Assembly: GCA_032718475.1 (NCBI GenBank)
Contig: JAUCBJ010001631.1
Span: 1-48,030 of the forward strand
DNA length: 48,030 nt
From: Nemertoderma westbladi
Taxonomy: Eukaryota > Animalia > Xenacoelomorpha
Direction of reading: 5' to 3'
Under the pieces are notes generated by a model, which worked only from the letters and a program-made list of their open reading frames with translations, made no database searches and was not told the DNA's origin. This document shows, piece by piece, positions 36,111-48,030 of the stretch (its first letter is position 1; each line of letters starts with the position of its first letter). The position numbers and the translations under genes were made by a program.

Positions 36111-38016
36111 ATGAAAGTTCTACTACATATATACCGTAACCTCCACGGTATTAAATTTCGCAGTAGTTTCCTGTATTTTGACAGCACTAATTTAATCCAC
36201 TGACAAGGACTGTATTTTGTATTTGTGTTTATTTATATGTATTTGTTTATTTGTATTTGATTGACATACTGTATAATTCAGGTTCAGCAGCTACCAATTC
36301 AGTTACATCATCTATGTCGTTTCAGGCTAGTAACATCATATGTGGCTTCATTAACTGAAATAATTTGTGAAAAACTGTTACCATCGTTATCACTAAAGGT
36401 AAGCAATTCGCCAGTGTCTTGTTCGGGAGCTAGGCCTACAGAACATTGTTCAATAGAAACTTGGGCTATGTAGGCTGCATTCTGCAAAGCTGTTCTTTCG
36501 CATCATACAATTTATTTGCCTATTGTCAAGTGCAGAACCAGCATACCATAGTCCATATGTGTAGGCCTACAGGCTTTCTCATTCTCGTGCTTCTCATGTC
36601 CATCAAAGAATTTACTACTATACGCTTCTTAGGTGTACGCAAATTCAATTGTATGACTGGGATTAATCAATTTAATTTCTTAACCAATTCTTCGACATGT
36701 AACGAAAATGTATCAGGCCATTCTCAGTAAGCTTTATAGATATACCTGTATAGCTAGCCTATTGGTCCTAGTAACAATACCTATCAGTAAGACTTGGCCA
36801 AGCGGACTATAAACCATTTCTATATGATGTCCTGTATGTTGAACTGCTACACTTTTCAGTTCCCTTCTAGGCTTTTGGTAAGGAAGCGCAATTTTTTTTA
36901 CATTCCCTCAATACTTAATTCGAAAAGGTTTCCATAACATAAATTCTGAATGTCAACCACTTTCATTTATCTCCATTAAATTTAATTTCATCACCCCGTG
37001 TTACTGCTTGCATCATCTTGTTTCAGGAATTCTTGTTTATTTAATTGTTGCATTCTTTAAGATCCTTCTTTCAACTTATTTGACAGGTAATTTAATTGCT
37101 CGTTAAGGAATTGTGGCAATCTTTTCTCGAAAGATTTTTCTCCTTGCTGCTTCTCATTACAATATTTGGTCAGCTGCTTAGCTGTCTGATCACGCCTTTC
37201 AATTAGATACATTTGCAGCTTAGTGTGCTATTCGGTATCCCTCAACACATCACAATATTCTGCTACTGAAGCTTGGACTTGTCTTAATTTAATGAAATAT
37301 AATCAGGCTTTTGGTTACACCCACAACACTTTTGTAATATTTTTGAAATTTGCTTTCTGCCAGACAAACACCATAACTTTATTTAACTCTGAATAATTCG
37401 CATAGGCAAGTAAGACAGCAGAGATTCGCTAATTGTAGGAAGTAGGGGGCCATGCTATGTTAAATCTTACTCCTTATTAAATCTTACTCCTTATTCATGG
37501 CTATCCACATATTCTTATTATATATTGAATCTGACATAATAACTGTCTAAGTGTATATTGTTTTCTGCAAAGTTTTTTTACGTAATGTTTTTAGTTTTGT
37601 CAGTCTGTTGGTCTTTCTGTCAGTCGTCTATCGAAACATTTATGTTAATATTTACTATTAAAATACAGCATAGGCCTAGCTGTGTGTATAAACTCAGACT
37701 TAACATGATGCCTAACATTTACTTGTATTGCTAGATGGTGCATTTCTCATTAAGTAGTTTATACAGCTGATCCATAGTTTTGGTGTAGCTATCATTAATT
37801 TATTATTAATATATTAATAATAGGATGCTGACACTTCTTATATGAATTATTATAGAAATGTAGATATGGAGTATCAGCATATTGAAATTACAGATGAACG
37901 TGGTAAGAATGGTAATTAACACCTGAATACATGATTGTATGAATAGTCTGACTTAAACTAAACTCTGACTCAAACGTCAAAGTCTGACTTAAAGCGAGAT
38001 CATTCACAACATAACC

Positions 38017-41000
38017 ATGGGTGATAATGATAATAAAGGAGAATTGATATACAATCTCAGGCATAATAGCTTGGATCCAGAAACTTGGCTCCCAATTATA
38101 AAATCAGCAGGCATATTATCATCTGAAGATTTACATTTCCACTCTAAAGACATACATCTTTATAAAAAAATATTGATGTTATGCGATGATAATGATAAGT
38201 TAACAATTTATAAAACAAATGTTATGAAATTATTAAATATTCCTAGTGAAGAATATATTAAAATGTTTGAGAAAATCGATGAAGCAGGATTAGATTTTAA
38301 ATATTGGTTCAATGTTTTACAACAAAACTTTTCAATCCAATCTTTGGATGGCTTAGGAATGTTGGGCCCAGAAACTTTGTATTCTTTAACCGGTTTTTCA
38401 AGATTTCATTATGAAGTTAGGCAACTTCAATTGATGCTAGGAATTGTTGATAATGACTACACAATGTATTGTCAATTGGTAAAAGACAAAGCCATTAAAC
38501 GAATTAGTGTTATGACAAATAGTTTAAATGCTATTGATGAATTAAGACAGAAAATTGATAGTGATGCCCAACAGAGGGACTTATTAGTTGGAATTGAATT
38601 AAATACAGTTATGGAGGCTTTACAACTCCCATGTGAGTATTCATATAGTGATGAGTCTGGTAACAAAATCATTGAAATGGCAAATATGTCTGTAAAAAAC
38701 TTGAATGTTCAGGATACATTTTTAGATGGATCAGTAATTCCTACGCATAGTATTGTGCCTTTGGAAGGTGTATTAATATATGAAGATTTCATGCAGTTCC
38801 AGATAAAGAATGTTGTTTTGGCTCAGTCATCCTGTGTTAAAGACCTTCCATCATTAGGATCATTTGAAATATATCAATCATTCTCTAGTAAGATTTCAGA
38901 AGAATGTTTTTGGAAAACATTGAACAAACTTGGAATATCTACATATTTATTATATAGAAATCATATTATCAAGAACCAGTTTTCAAGCTCTTTAGCAGAT
39001 GCCAATTACTTCTCAACCATTAAAATAAAGATCTTGCCACTGGCCTCATATACATATAATAAACTAACAAATGAAATGCTTCAAACAATGATCATGATTA
39101 GAAATGCTATAAAGAATAAACAATTTGAAATGGCATCAGACTTAACCAGCAAAATGTTTTCAAGATTTGGATCTCATATACTGCCTGGACCAATTCATAT
39201 AGGGGGATATTTCGCATGGAAAGTTTCAACAGAAAGATTTCCCCCATATAAATTAGATGAAATAAAAAAAATTCAGAAATTGACATTAGATCCCTCAATT
39301 CCGGATAATGCTTGTAATAGAAATGTAATAGAAATGACCGTACCAGAAGATCTTACGGAATATAAGTGGACATGTGAAACAAAACATAATAATCCATTGC
39401 CTGAAGATATTCCATATCTTTCATGGTTATATGCTTTACTGATTAATAAAGATTATTGGTCTGTCATATGCCGCAGCACAAATATGGTGCCAATTTGGGA
39501 ATTTTTACATAGAGCTAGTGATGACATCGACACTCTTACCCAAATAACATCCTCATTTATTAGAGATATATATGCAAATAAAGTAATAATCACATTAAAT
39601 TTACTTGCACCAACTCCATTTTGTGATGTACAACAAGTAAGTGAAATGGTTAATAGTATTAAAGAAGTTGCATCTGGATCTAATTATAAACATGGTTTAA
39701 AACTATTGCATTATTTCAAAAAAATGAGAGAAGATGTTGTAATACTAACAGGAAATTTTGAAATATGGTTACGTGAGGTTGTAATGAACCCAGAGTTTGC
39801 AAATATGTTGAAAATTTGCTGTTTACAACAAAATATTGATCAGTTAAAAGATATTGTTGAAACTGCTGGTTGTTTAGTGACAACAGAAGATTTATCCTAT
39901 TTGAAAGAAAGTGACCCAATATATTTGAGTTATAAAGAATTATTTCTGAAATTGTATGGAAGTAATAAAGACCAGCCAGTGCTGCCATACATGGTATCAC
40001 TTTTTATATTATCTATTAAAGATTTATTGGAAAGAAATAATATTAATGGGAGAGAATATGTTCTATTTCAATTTAATTTGAAAGTAAAATATATAATAGA
40101 TAATTTTGTGAACTACATCTCATATGGTAACAACAAAGAAAAAATAATTTGGCTTAGACTAATGTTACTTCAAATAAATTATAACATAAATACTAAGAAG
40201 TTCGATGATAAATTGGATATAGCTACATTAGATATGTTCTGCAAAAACTTCCAAGCAACTTGGATTACAATAGAGCAATTGTATAATCTAGGAAACTTGG
40301 TAAATATGAAGTCACTATTGATTATTGGCATATTACAATTTTATAAGCCAAAATATCATCTACCATATGAAAACAACCTTCTTACATTGAAGATAGTTGA
40401 TTGCTCTAGTTATTTCGAACAAACCAATGATCAGTTTTCTTGTGCCATTGAAGATCTGAAAACAACTAGAGACATAGATGTCTTTGAAAATGCATTAAGT
40501 GATATTCTAAATTCGGGAATGGTTAAGACTAATGATTATGATCTAAAACATAAAGACATTGTAACACATATCTTTGCTGGTAATGTTTTACCTATAGAGA
40601 TGCCAGTGTTACCTGAAATTGGTAGGCTAAGTCCACTTACTCCTGATAAACTTAATGAATTTAACAGAATACTGATGCTCTTAAATTTAGATATGGATGA
40701 TAAATTGACATTGAATGATGCTCTAATTGTTAAAGAGAATAAAGATCATGCTACTGAATGGAGGGATATCCCATTAATTATAATAAATAAGTTAATGATG
40801 ATGGATTATGATATAGTTACTGGAACCTATAAGTTATCTAACTCAGAAAGTAATATTATTGATATTGATGACTTGTTTGGCGATTGTGATGAAAGTTCAA
40901 TTGATATTCATTTCATGGATATATTACTATGCACAATTTTTTGCTGCGATAATTTCTTAAGGCAGGCAATTATATCTAAAATGTCAACATGTCAATTAGC

Positions 41001-44000
41001 TGTGCCACTTTTGCTAGCACCAGTACCAAATAATAATACAATATTCCTTTTATGGGCTCTTCGTGGTATAAAAAAGTCATGGTTTTCAACCAAATTAAAT
41101 ACTTCAGTTGAGGAGAGTATTGTATCAACAAATCTACATACTGTTAGCTCTATAAAACTTGGTAATTTGGCAGTAGGTTTATCAAAATCAAATATATTGA
41201 ATAACCTCATAAATATACAAGGACACCATAACACGTTCTATCATAAAGGTCTAGAATTAGGATCTGCAAAAAGAGTATTAGTTGATGGTTTAATAGAAAT
41301 AGCATGGTACTTGCCAAATAAATCCTGTACTGCCAAATCAGAAATGGGATTTAAATCAGTAATATCATTTTGCAACCTAAGAGGCATTTGCCATTCAAAC
41401 GACATAGCAGTAAAGGTACTTCAAAAAATATCATGCATCTTTATTGTATTTCTTCCAAGGTCAACCTGGGATACAAGTATAAGAGAATCAATAATTCAAC
41501 TTGGAAGAGGAAATATTCAACTCATATTTGTTATTGATGGTTTAAAAGGAGAATTTTCAACACAAAATGCGAAGTTTTTTTCCAACAATAGGAATCTATT
41601 TGATAACATTCATCACAAGTTTCTAATTACTTTTCATGATGGTGTTGGTCTAACTAAATTGGTATCTTTCCTTCGCTCAAACATCAATGATATAATTGAA
41701 AATACTTCTTATGGAAACAGGATATTTAAGCTGGATGAATTGATTTCTCTTACAAAAGATACCTGTGAAGTTTCGAATGATGAATATTCTGAACATTGCT
41801 ACAGAGGTTGTACACTTGCTAAAACTGTAATTGGACATATAGATCTTAGTAAAATCAATAAGTCTATGATTATGCCAGTGCAGGCAAAATCACAAAGCAT
41901 TGCTAAGGAAGAGAAGGAACTAAGAAGAAAGCAGAAAGTTGGATATGGCACTTTGCAGGATCATGCAATAAAAGTACAAAACAAAATCGACAATCTAAGG
42001 AGAGACCAACTCCAAAGTGCACGTCTTAACTTATCTAAGTCAATGCAGAGTTTTTTATTCAATTTATACTCAAGCACTGGACAAGAAAGGAGATATTTTC
42101 TGGAATGGTTAAAATATTATCTGGACTCATTATGTCAGAAAATGCTTCCAGGTTTACTTTCCCGGTATAAAGAACTTTGGGATAATGTCATTATGATGAA
42201 ACGTAAGGGTAATCAAGATTCTATGTTGCAAAAAATGGAAATTGAACTTAATACAATTCATGGTAAGTTGATTGAGAGCTCACTTGGACTTGAGCATTTC
42301 ATGCGGGAGGTAGGACAAGTTTATGAAGCAGCTGATTATAATAAAGTTGTAGAACCAAAACAACTTCGTGAAATGCCTAACATAGTAGCTCAGCTTCTGG
42401 TAGAAGGTTATCCCTTGGAAATTATGGATGGAGATGCATTATATATTCCTATCCAATGGCTAAAAGCGGTTTTTAATTGCTTGCAAAATATTATAGGAAA
42501 TAAAAATATATTTCAATTATCAATTCTTGGTATTCAGAGTACTGGGAAATCGACATTGCTCAATACAATGTTTGGGGTTAAGTTTGCTGTAAGTGCAGGA
42601 CGTTGTACTAGAGGAATCTTTGTGCAACTCCTAAAAATTGACAGTGAACTTGCAATCGCGAGTACCTGTGATTATATTCTGGTTATTGACACTGAAGGGT
42701 TAAGAGCTCCAGAACTTACATATACAGATACAAGGAACCATGATAACGAACTAGCAACATTGTCTATAGGTATGGCAGATATTTCTCTTATAAATATATA
42801 TGGTGAAAGTCCAGCTGATATGAACGATATTCTTCAAATTGCAGTTTTGGCCTTTATCAGAATGAAGCAAATTAAATTTAATGCTAGTTGCCGCTTTATA
42901 CATCAAAATGTAGCTGATGTAACAGCATCTGACAGATTATTGACACAAAGCCGAAGCATGAAACAGGTATTGGATGATATGACAAAAATTGCTGCTGAAA
43001 CTGAAGATTGTTCTGATATATATCAAAGTTTTAGTGATGTCATAAATTTCGAAGAAAACAAGCATACATTTTACATGTCTTCATTATGGCAGGGAGCTCC
43101 TCCAATGGCACCTCCAGATCGAGTATATAGCAAATGTGTAGCTGCAGTTAAGAGTGATATATTGAATTTTCTTAAATCTAAGAAGCATAATTTCTTAAAG
43201 GTTTCCCAAATTGTAGATAATATTGAAAGTCTGTGGAAGGCAATTTTATGTGAAACCTTTATTTTCAGTTTTCGCAATAATATAGAGATTGAAGCATATA
43301 ACAAGTTGGAAACAGAATTTTTAAAACAGAAGTCAATAGTTATGTATGCTATGTTGGATTGGGAAAAAGAAGCTATTAATACAATTGAAGGAACAGCAAC
43401 AAATATTATTGACAGTTTCTGGAAAGAAAAGCGGAAGGACTTATATAATCGTATAGATGTTTTAGTAAATGATCTTCAAAATAAAATGACTGATTTCTTT
43501 GAGCATAATGATTCCCGGGCCATGGTAGATTCATGGCAATTTAAGGTTGATAAACAAATCGATGAATGCAAGTTTGATCTAATTACCTCTGCAGAAAAGA
43601 CTTGTTTAGCAATAATTTCTAAGAAGAAGGTATTTGCAAAAGTTGATTCCCTTGTCATAGACCAAGAAGCCGATTTACTCAAAAAGGTAAAGAAAGTGGT
43701 GGACAACCTTGGAAATAAAGATATTCAAGGAGATGAAATCCTTCAGCAGTTTAATTTAATATGGGATGAATGGAAGAGTGAAATTCCTGAATTTATACCT
43801 CCTTCTATAAATATAGAAGTAGAGCTACAAAACATGCTATTGGACAGATTTCGACATGTGAATGGGATAAATGAACACATTTTTGGTTTTGAGAAATGGT
43901 CTTATAATCAATTTATTTTTAAGGCAGAGGAACACATTAGGCCTAACAAAATAAAAAAAGGTTTTTTTTGCGAAACATCTTTAGTTATATATGATGATAA

Positions 44001-44940
44001 GTTATATTTGCCTGCAATTGAATACATTAAATCTGTCTTACAAATTGTTAGAGATTTATTACACAATTTCGAAATGGAAAACAGAGGTTTTCAGGTCAAC
44101 TTAGCATATCAAATTATAGATAAGGTAATTGCACTTACAAGCAAAGACTACACTAAAAAAAGAGGGTTTGAATTTAGAGAAAAACTTAAAATGGAACTGT
44201 CTATATATGCATCATCAATGGTATTACATGTATTTAACAGAATTCAGGAGCAGTTAAATCGGCGAAACAATACCATGGAATATTTTAACAAACGGAAAGA
44301 TAATTTATATAAAATCTTCTATGACTGGTGTCTTCATGTTAAAGATGAAAAAGTTGCAGCTTCAGTTATAGCAGATTTTATCCAATCAACTATTGATAAA
44401 GATTTAATGAGATCCTTAGGTAAGAATATAGCTATTAACATAAAAAACCAAAAAAGTTCTATATTCGCATCTAAACACTCACTACATGCTAAACTTTTGC
44501 TTGATTTGGGAACTAAGTCTATTTTTCGTGACTATATTCCATACCTTAAAAGCCCTTTCGTTGCCATGAGATCCTGGATAGAAGAATGCATTGTTAGTCT
44601 TATTGGAGGTGACAGGCTTTTTGAACTAGCAACGCTTCAATTAAATGCCATTATTAATCACATTTCACAAGACATGGGAGAAATATCAAATGTACATTCA
44701 AAAGGATTAATTACAAATGTGTTTGACAATTTTCTTCAAAAAGTAAGAAATCAGAATACCTATATATCATTGGAAGGTTCACATGCTGTCTCCAAAATTT
44801 TGGAGTTGAATCAAACAGAATCTATGGTTGATCTTAACTACTTTTACAACGAATTGCAAAAAGAACTGCAGAGTATGAGAGACCACTTTATTGAACAGTT
44901 CAAATTGTGGAATATAAATATCTCAGTGGCTCTTAATCAG
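38017..44940 (+). CDS. Very large GTPase (GVIN1/VLIG/URGCP family), giant coding exon
   Basis: 2308 codons to CAG|GTAAGT donor at 44941. G1 GIQSTGKS, G2 SAGRCTRG, G3 DTEGL, HDNELAT, HQNV, LWQGAPPMAP, SLGLEHFMREVGQVYE, CQLAVPLL, FGSH..GPIHIGG. Confidence 0.92.
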
Positions 44941-46130
44941 GTAAGTTATTTTTTACAGTATCAACTACAATTAACAGTGTGATGCCATACTGTATTACGC
45001 TCTCAAGGCATGTACCACATCCTGATTTGCCAGTCCACAGGATGGGTGTTGCAATGGGGTAACAATGGGCCCGTCTCTTAAAGAGTACAAAAAGTACATG
45101 CAGTATAGCCTCCATTGGTAAGCGGTTCATATACTGGGCCAGGCCATATACTCATACCCTGGTGCAGGTGCAGCAGCTTGCAGTAGGATATACCTTCGTG
45201 TTTGCAGACACAGGGTACTTCCTGATGCATGACCAGTCGGTGGTTGATGGCCTTCTACTTGAGCAGACCACAATATTAAGTAAATGTGACGATTTCATAT
45301 TTAATTTTATAGACCTTATCATAACCTACTATATATGTATATAGTAGGTCACATGACCTTAAAGTATTATTATTATGTTTGTTATACTGTTTCGACGCTT
45401 ATTAATTATACTACTATTAACTGTGATGTGCTCTTCTATGGACATATATTTACATCTGAATGTAATATCTGGTTAAAATATAATAATAATAAGAATAGTA
45501 ATTAATTTCGTTGCCATAGCACGGTAAACTATATGCATTGGAAATGTCATTCCAGATGAGTAGGCCTAGCGATAATCTGCTAAAATGCTATCTATCTAGA
45601 CCTACCTGTAAAATTTATATTAATGTTTTATGGTATTTTATTTGAGATGATAATTGATGACAAACATTGAGAATCACATTTCCACTAGCATTAAGTAACA
45701 AAATAAAAATTCAACACTAAATGTACCTGGTACTGTACTAGATAGTGAGACGGAAAGCTGATCCCGGTAGGTGTTTGAGCTGGATAAGGGGGGGGGGGGG
45801 GGTGGGGGTGGGGGGGGGGGGTGGTGGCATACTAGGCATAAATTTTAATTTAATAGGCCATGGCAATATTTCAATATTTCACATCGAATTAATATCTCGT
45901 ATAGTTAAATTAACAATGATTATAATCAATTAAGAGAATGTGCAGGTCTAACATATGTCAGTGTCAGTTCCTCTTTTATATACATATACATTATTATTAT
46001 ATGCTTTATTCTGGCATAACAAGCACCCATAGTAAAAAAAAAAACGTACGTTCACCAAATTTGTATAGGCCTACTTCCATTATCTAATATTATCATTAGT
46101 TGTATACTAGAACGTTTTTCTAATTCGCAG

Positions 46131-46392
46131 TTCGACCCCAGTCCAATTGACATATTATGCCAAGAACTATTTGGATGCACCGAGCTTGTCATTCTGTGGG
46201 GCACCGTGCGATCTTATGATATGTGGCCATGCGTCATCGGACAAAGACGAGTCGATACAGCCTCACAGCAACCAGTTGCATCGACCAGAATGTTTGAATG
46301 GATACAGAGTAATTGACACACAGGAAATGGTATTAGAGATCTGTACTACTGATGTACATAGCAACCGACAGTTCAAGAACGTTAAAACAAAG
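46131..46392 (+). CDS. Next exon of the GVIN-like gene (Cys/His-rich C-terminal region), containing an apparent frameshift
   Basis: Acceptor TTCGCAG|TTC at 46131 (phase 0) gives FDPSPIDILCQELFGCTE, then in the +1 frame FCGAPCD...HRPECLNGYR...ICTTDVHS; donor AAG|GTAAAT at 46393. Confidence 0.75.
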
Positions 46393-48030
46393 GTAAATAA
46401 AATTGTACTGTGTAAGTATAAGATATTGAAATTATGTTTCCAAGTTTAGAATAAAATTATTACAGTGCTTTTGGCACATACTGTATTAGCATTATATATA
46501 CTAGTACGTCATTAAGGGGAGATACCCCAGGACTTTTCTCAAAAGTATAGAAATCGAATTTTTTAATAATTCTAAATAGAATATAACATAGATTTCAGAG
46601 CTACTGTATAAGAACATAAGCTTCAGAACATAAGCTTATGTTGTCTGTTTTCGGTTTCTCTGTCTACTGGTCTGTTTGTCTGTCTGTCTGTCTGATATAC
46701 ACCACCGGACCTTTAAAATTATTGCTACATGGTTTTCGTGGCCGAGGGTTTAATTTCCGGTGTCAGTTTTCAAATTTGGCGTTATTTTAGTCGGTCTGTC
46801 AGTCAGTCTGTCAAATACATAACGAAACACAGTACTTAACTAAAACTTTCACTGCGGGGGTTTTTGATGGTGGGTGCTTGCATTACGGTGTTATCGTGTT
46901 ATCTTTCCCGTTTGACGGAGTCTAGTATGTCTGTATATTTGTCTGTCTGCCAAGACAGACAGTCATACGTAGAGACGTTCTAGATTCTGTTTGGTCTGTC
47001 CAATTGACATCGGAAATGAATCAGCGACTAGGAAAATTCCCCATAACATCATATTATAGTGGTGTTGTGCTTACGGTATTTTGTCTGCGAGACTAACAGT
47101 CAGACAGACAGACAGTCCAGATGTCATCTAACATTAAACAAATATCAGGAATGAAATCAGTGACTATTTTTAGTTTATTTTGGCTAATTGTTTTAATTTC
47201 CTCTAAATTTACATAAAATTGGCGGGAAGGTTTGAACTTTAAATGGGTCTTTCTCCGCATTTACTTTTTCGTGTAGGCCTATTTTGAAGACAAATGTATC
47301 TTTTTTTCTCGAGGACGGCTTGATGGAATTGGCTAAATTTTTTGCAGCAGGTTTGTTGTTGTGAGACACAATAATTAATTGTGGAACACCTCTAAAAACA
47401 TATGTTTAAAACAATAATTATCAAATGTAGGCCTATTTCTAATATAAACTTCGAAAACGTGCCAATTTGTTGTTCTAAGTGCAATTAAGTGACCCTCATA
47501 TCATACATTGGCCCAAAAACATTCAATGTTTGTATTTACCAGGTGTGTCTCGATAGTTGCTCCGCCCTTCTAGATATTTTCATGAAATTTCATCTTGTAG
47601 AACAAAAGTAAATAAATGGTACAGCTGATGATACACTAATAATAAAATGTATGCCGTTAGCCTGCGGTACCATTAACATTAATTGCGATGAAGTAAATAT
47701 GTATTACAGTAAAAGAAGATATAAATAAATTATGTAACTGCAGGAAAAACACGTTAGTGGGTCCTTCCCGCAGGACGAGACGGCATACGTATCAAGTGTT
47801 GTTTAATTTCATCAATGATTGACCGACTTATTTCGGTTTTTACCAAAAGTTTGAAACTACCAGTACCGACTGACAGTCTGTTTCATTTTTGATCAACTTC
47901 AGATTCTTTCTAAAATTTTGACGGACTGCATACGGACCACGTTTGTATGTTGACGGTGCGGTGTGCGTCTTTCCGAATATCAATTTATTAAATTGGCGGC
48001 CCAAACCCAAATTAAAAATCTCTAACTCTT

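Noticed and set aside
37856-37902. Possible small upstream exon of the GVIN-like gene (TATAG|...|GTAAGA)
   Set aside because: No convincing downstream acceptor or frame support without transcript data.
38472-43706. Short antisense ORFs within the GTPase exon, and similar ones within Polinton and LINE genes
   Set aside because: Shadow ORFs opposite well-supported coding frames.
46512-47676. TTAA-flanked Kolobok/piggyBac-like element
   Set aside because: Terminal match is only partial (TACCCCAGG vs TACCGCAGG); cannot define the element confidently.

Overview
AT-rich eukaryotic (most likely invertebrate animal) genomic DNA with no prokaryotic features. Positions 1 to ~12,595 hold the right-hand part of an integrated Polinton/Maverick (adintovirus-like) element. 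It ends in a canonical ...CTACTACT terminus. Reading inward on the minus strand it encodes an orphan ORF, a RING protein, an A32-like packaging ATPase, a small QSGG-containing protein, a DDE integrase with a chromodomain-like tail, two minor-capsid paralogues, a basic core-like protein, the major capsid protein, an adenain-like protease and a stop-interrupted DEDD-like gene. Converging on these from the plus strand are an intronless, divergent TATA-binding-protein-like ORF (19-600) and an orphan ORF. The protein-primed DNA polymerase and left TIR are not in the window. From ~12.6 to 36 kb is a repeat field: satellites (20, 21, ~100, 70 and 10 bp units), LINE and CRE retrotransposon fragments, a decayed pogo-like element, a tRNA-derived SINE head and a 1.4-kb palindromic hAT-type element. 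From 38 kb onward is a very large GTPase (GVIN1/VLIG/URGCP family) gene with a 6.9-kb exon and a second, frameshifted exon. The most notable candidate system is a Polinton-type virus apparently carrying its own TBP-like factor together with two classes of upstream motifs. All family assignments come from motif recognition by eye, not from database searches.
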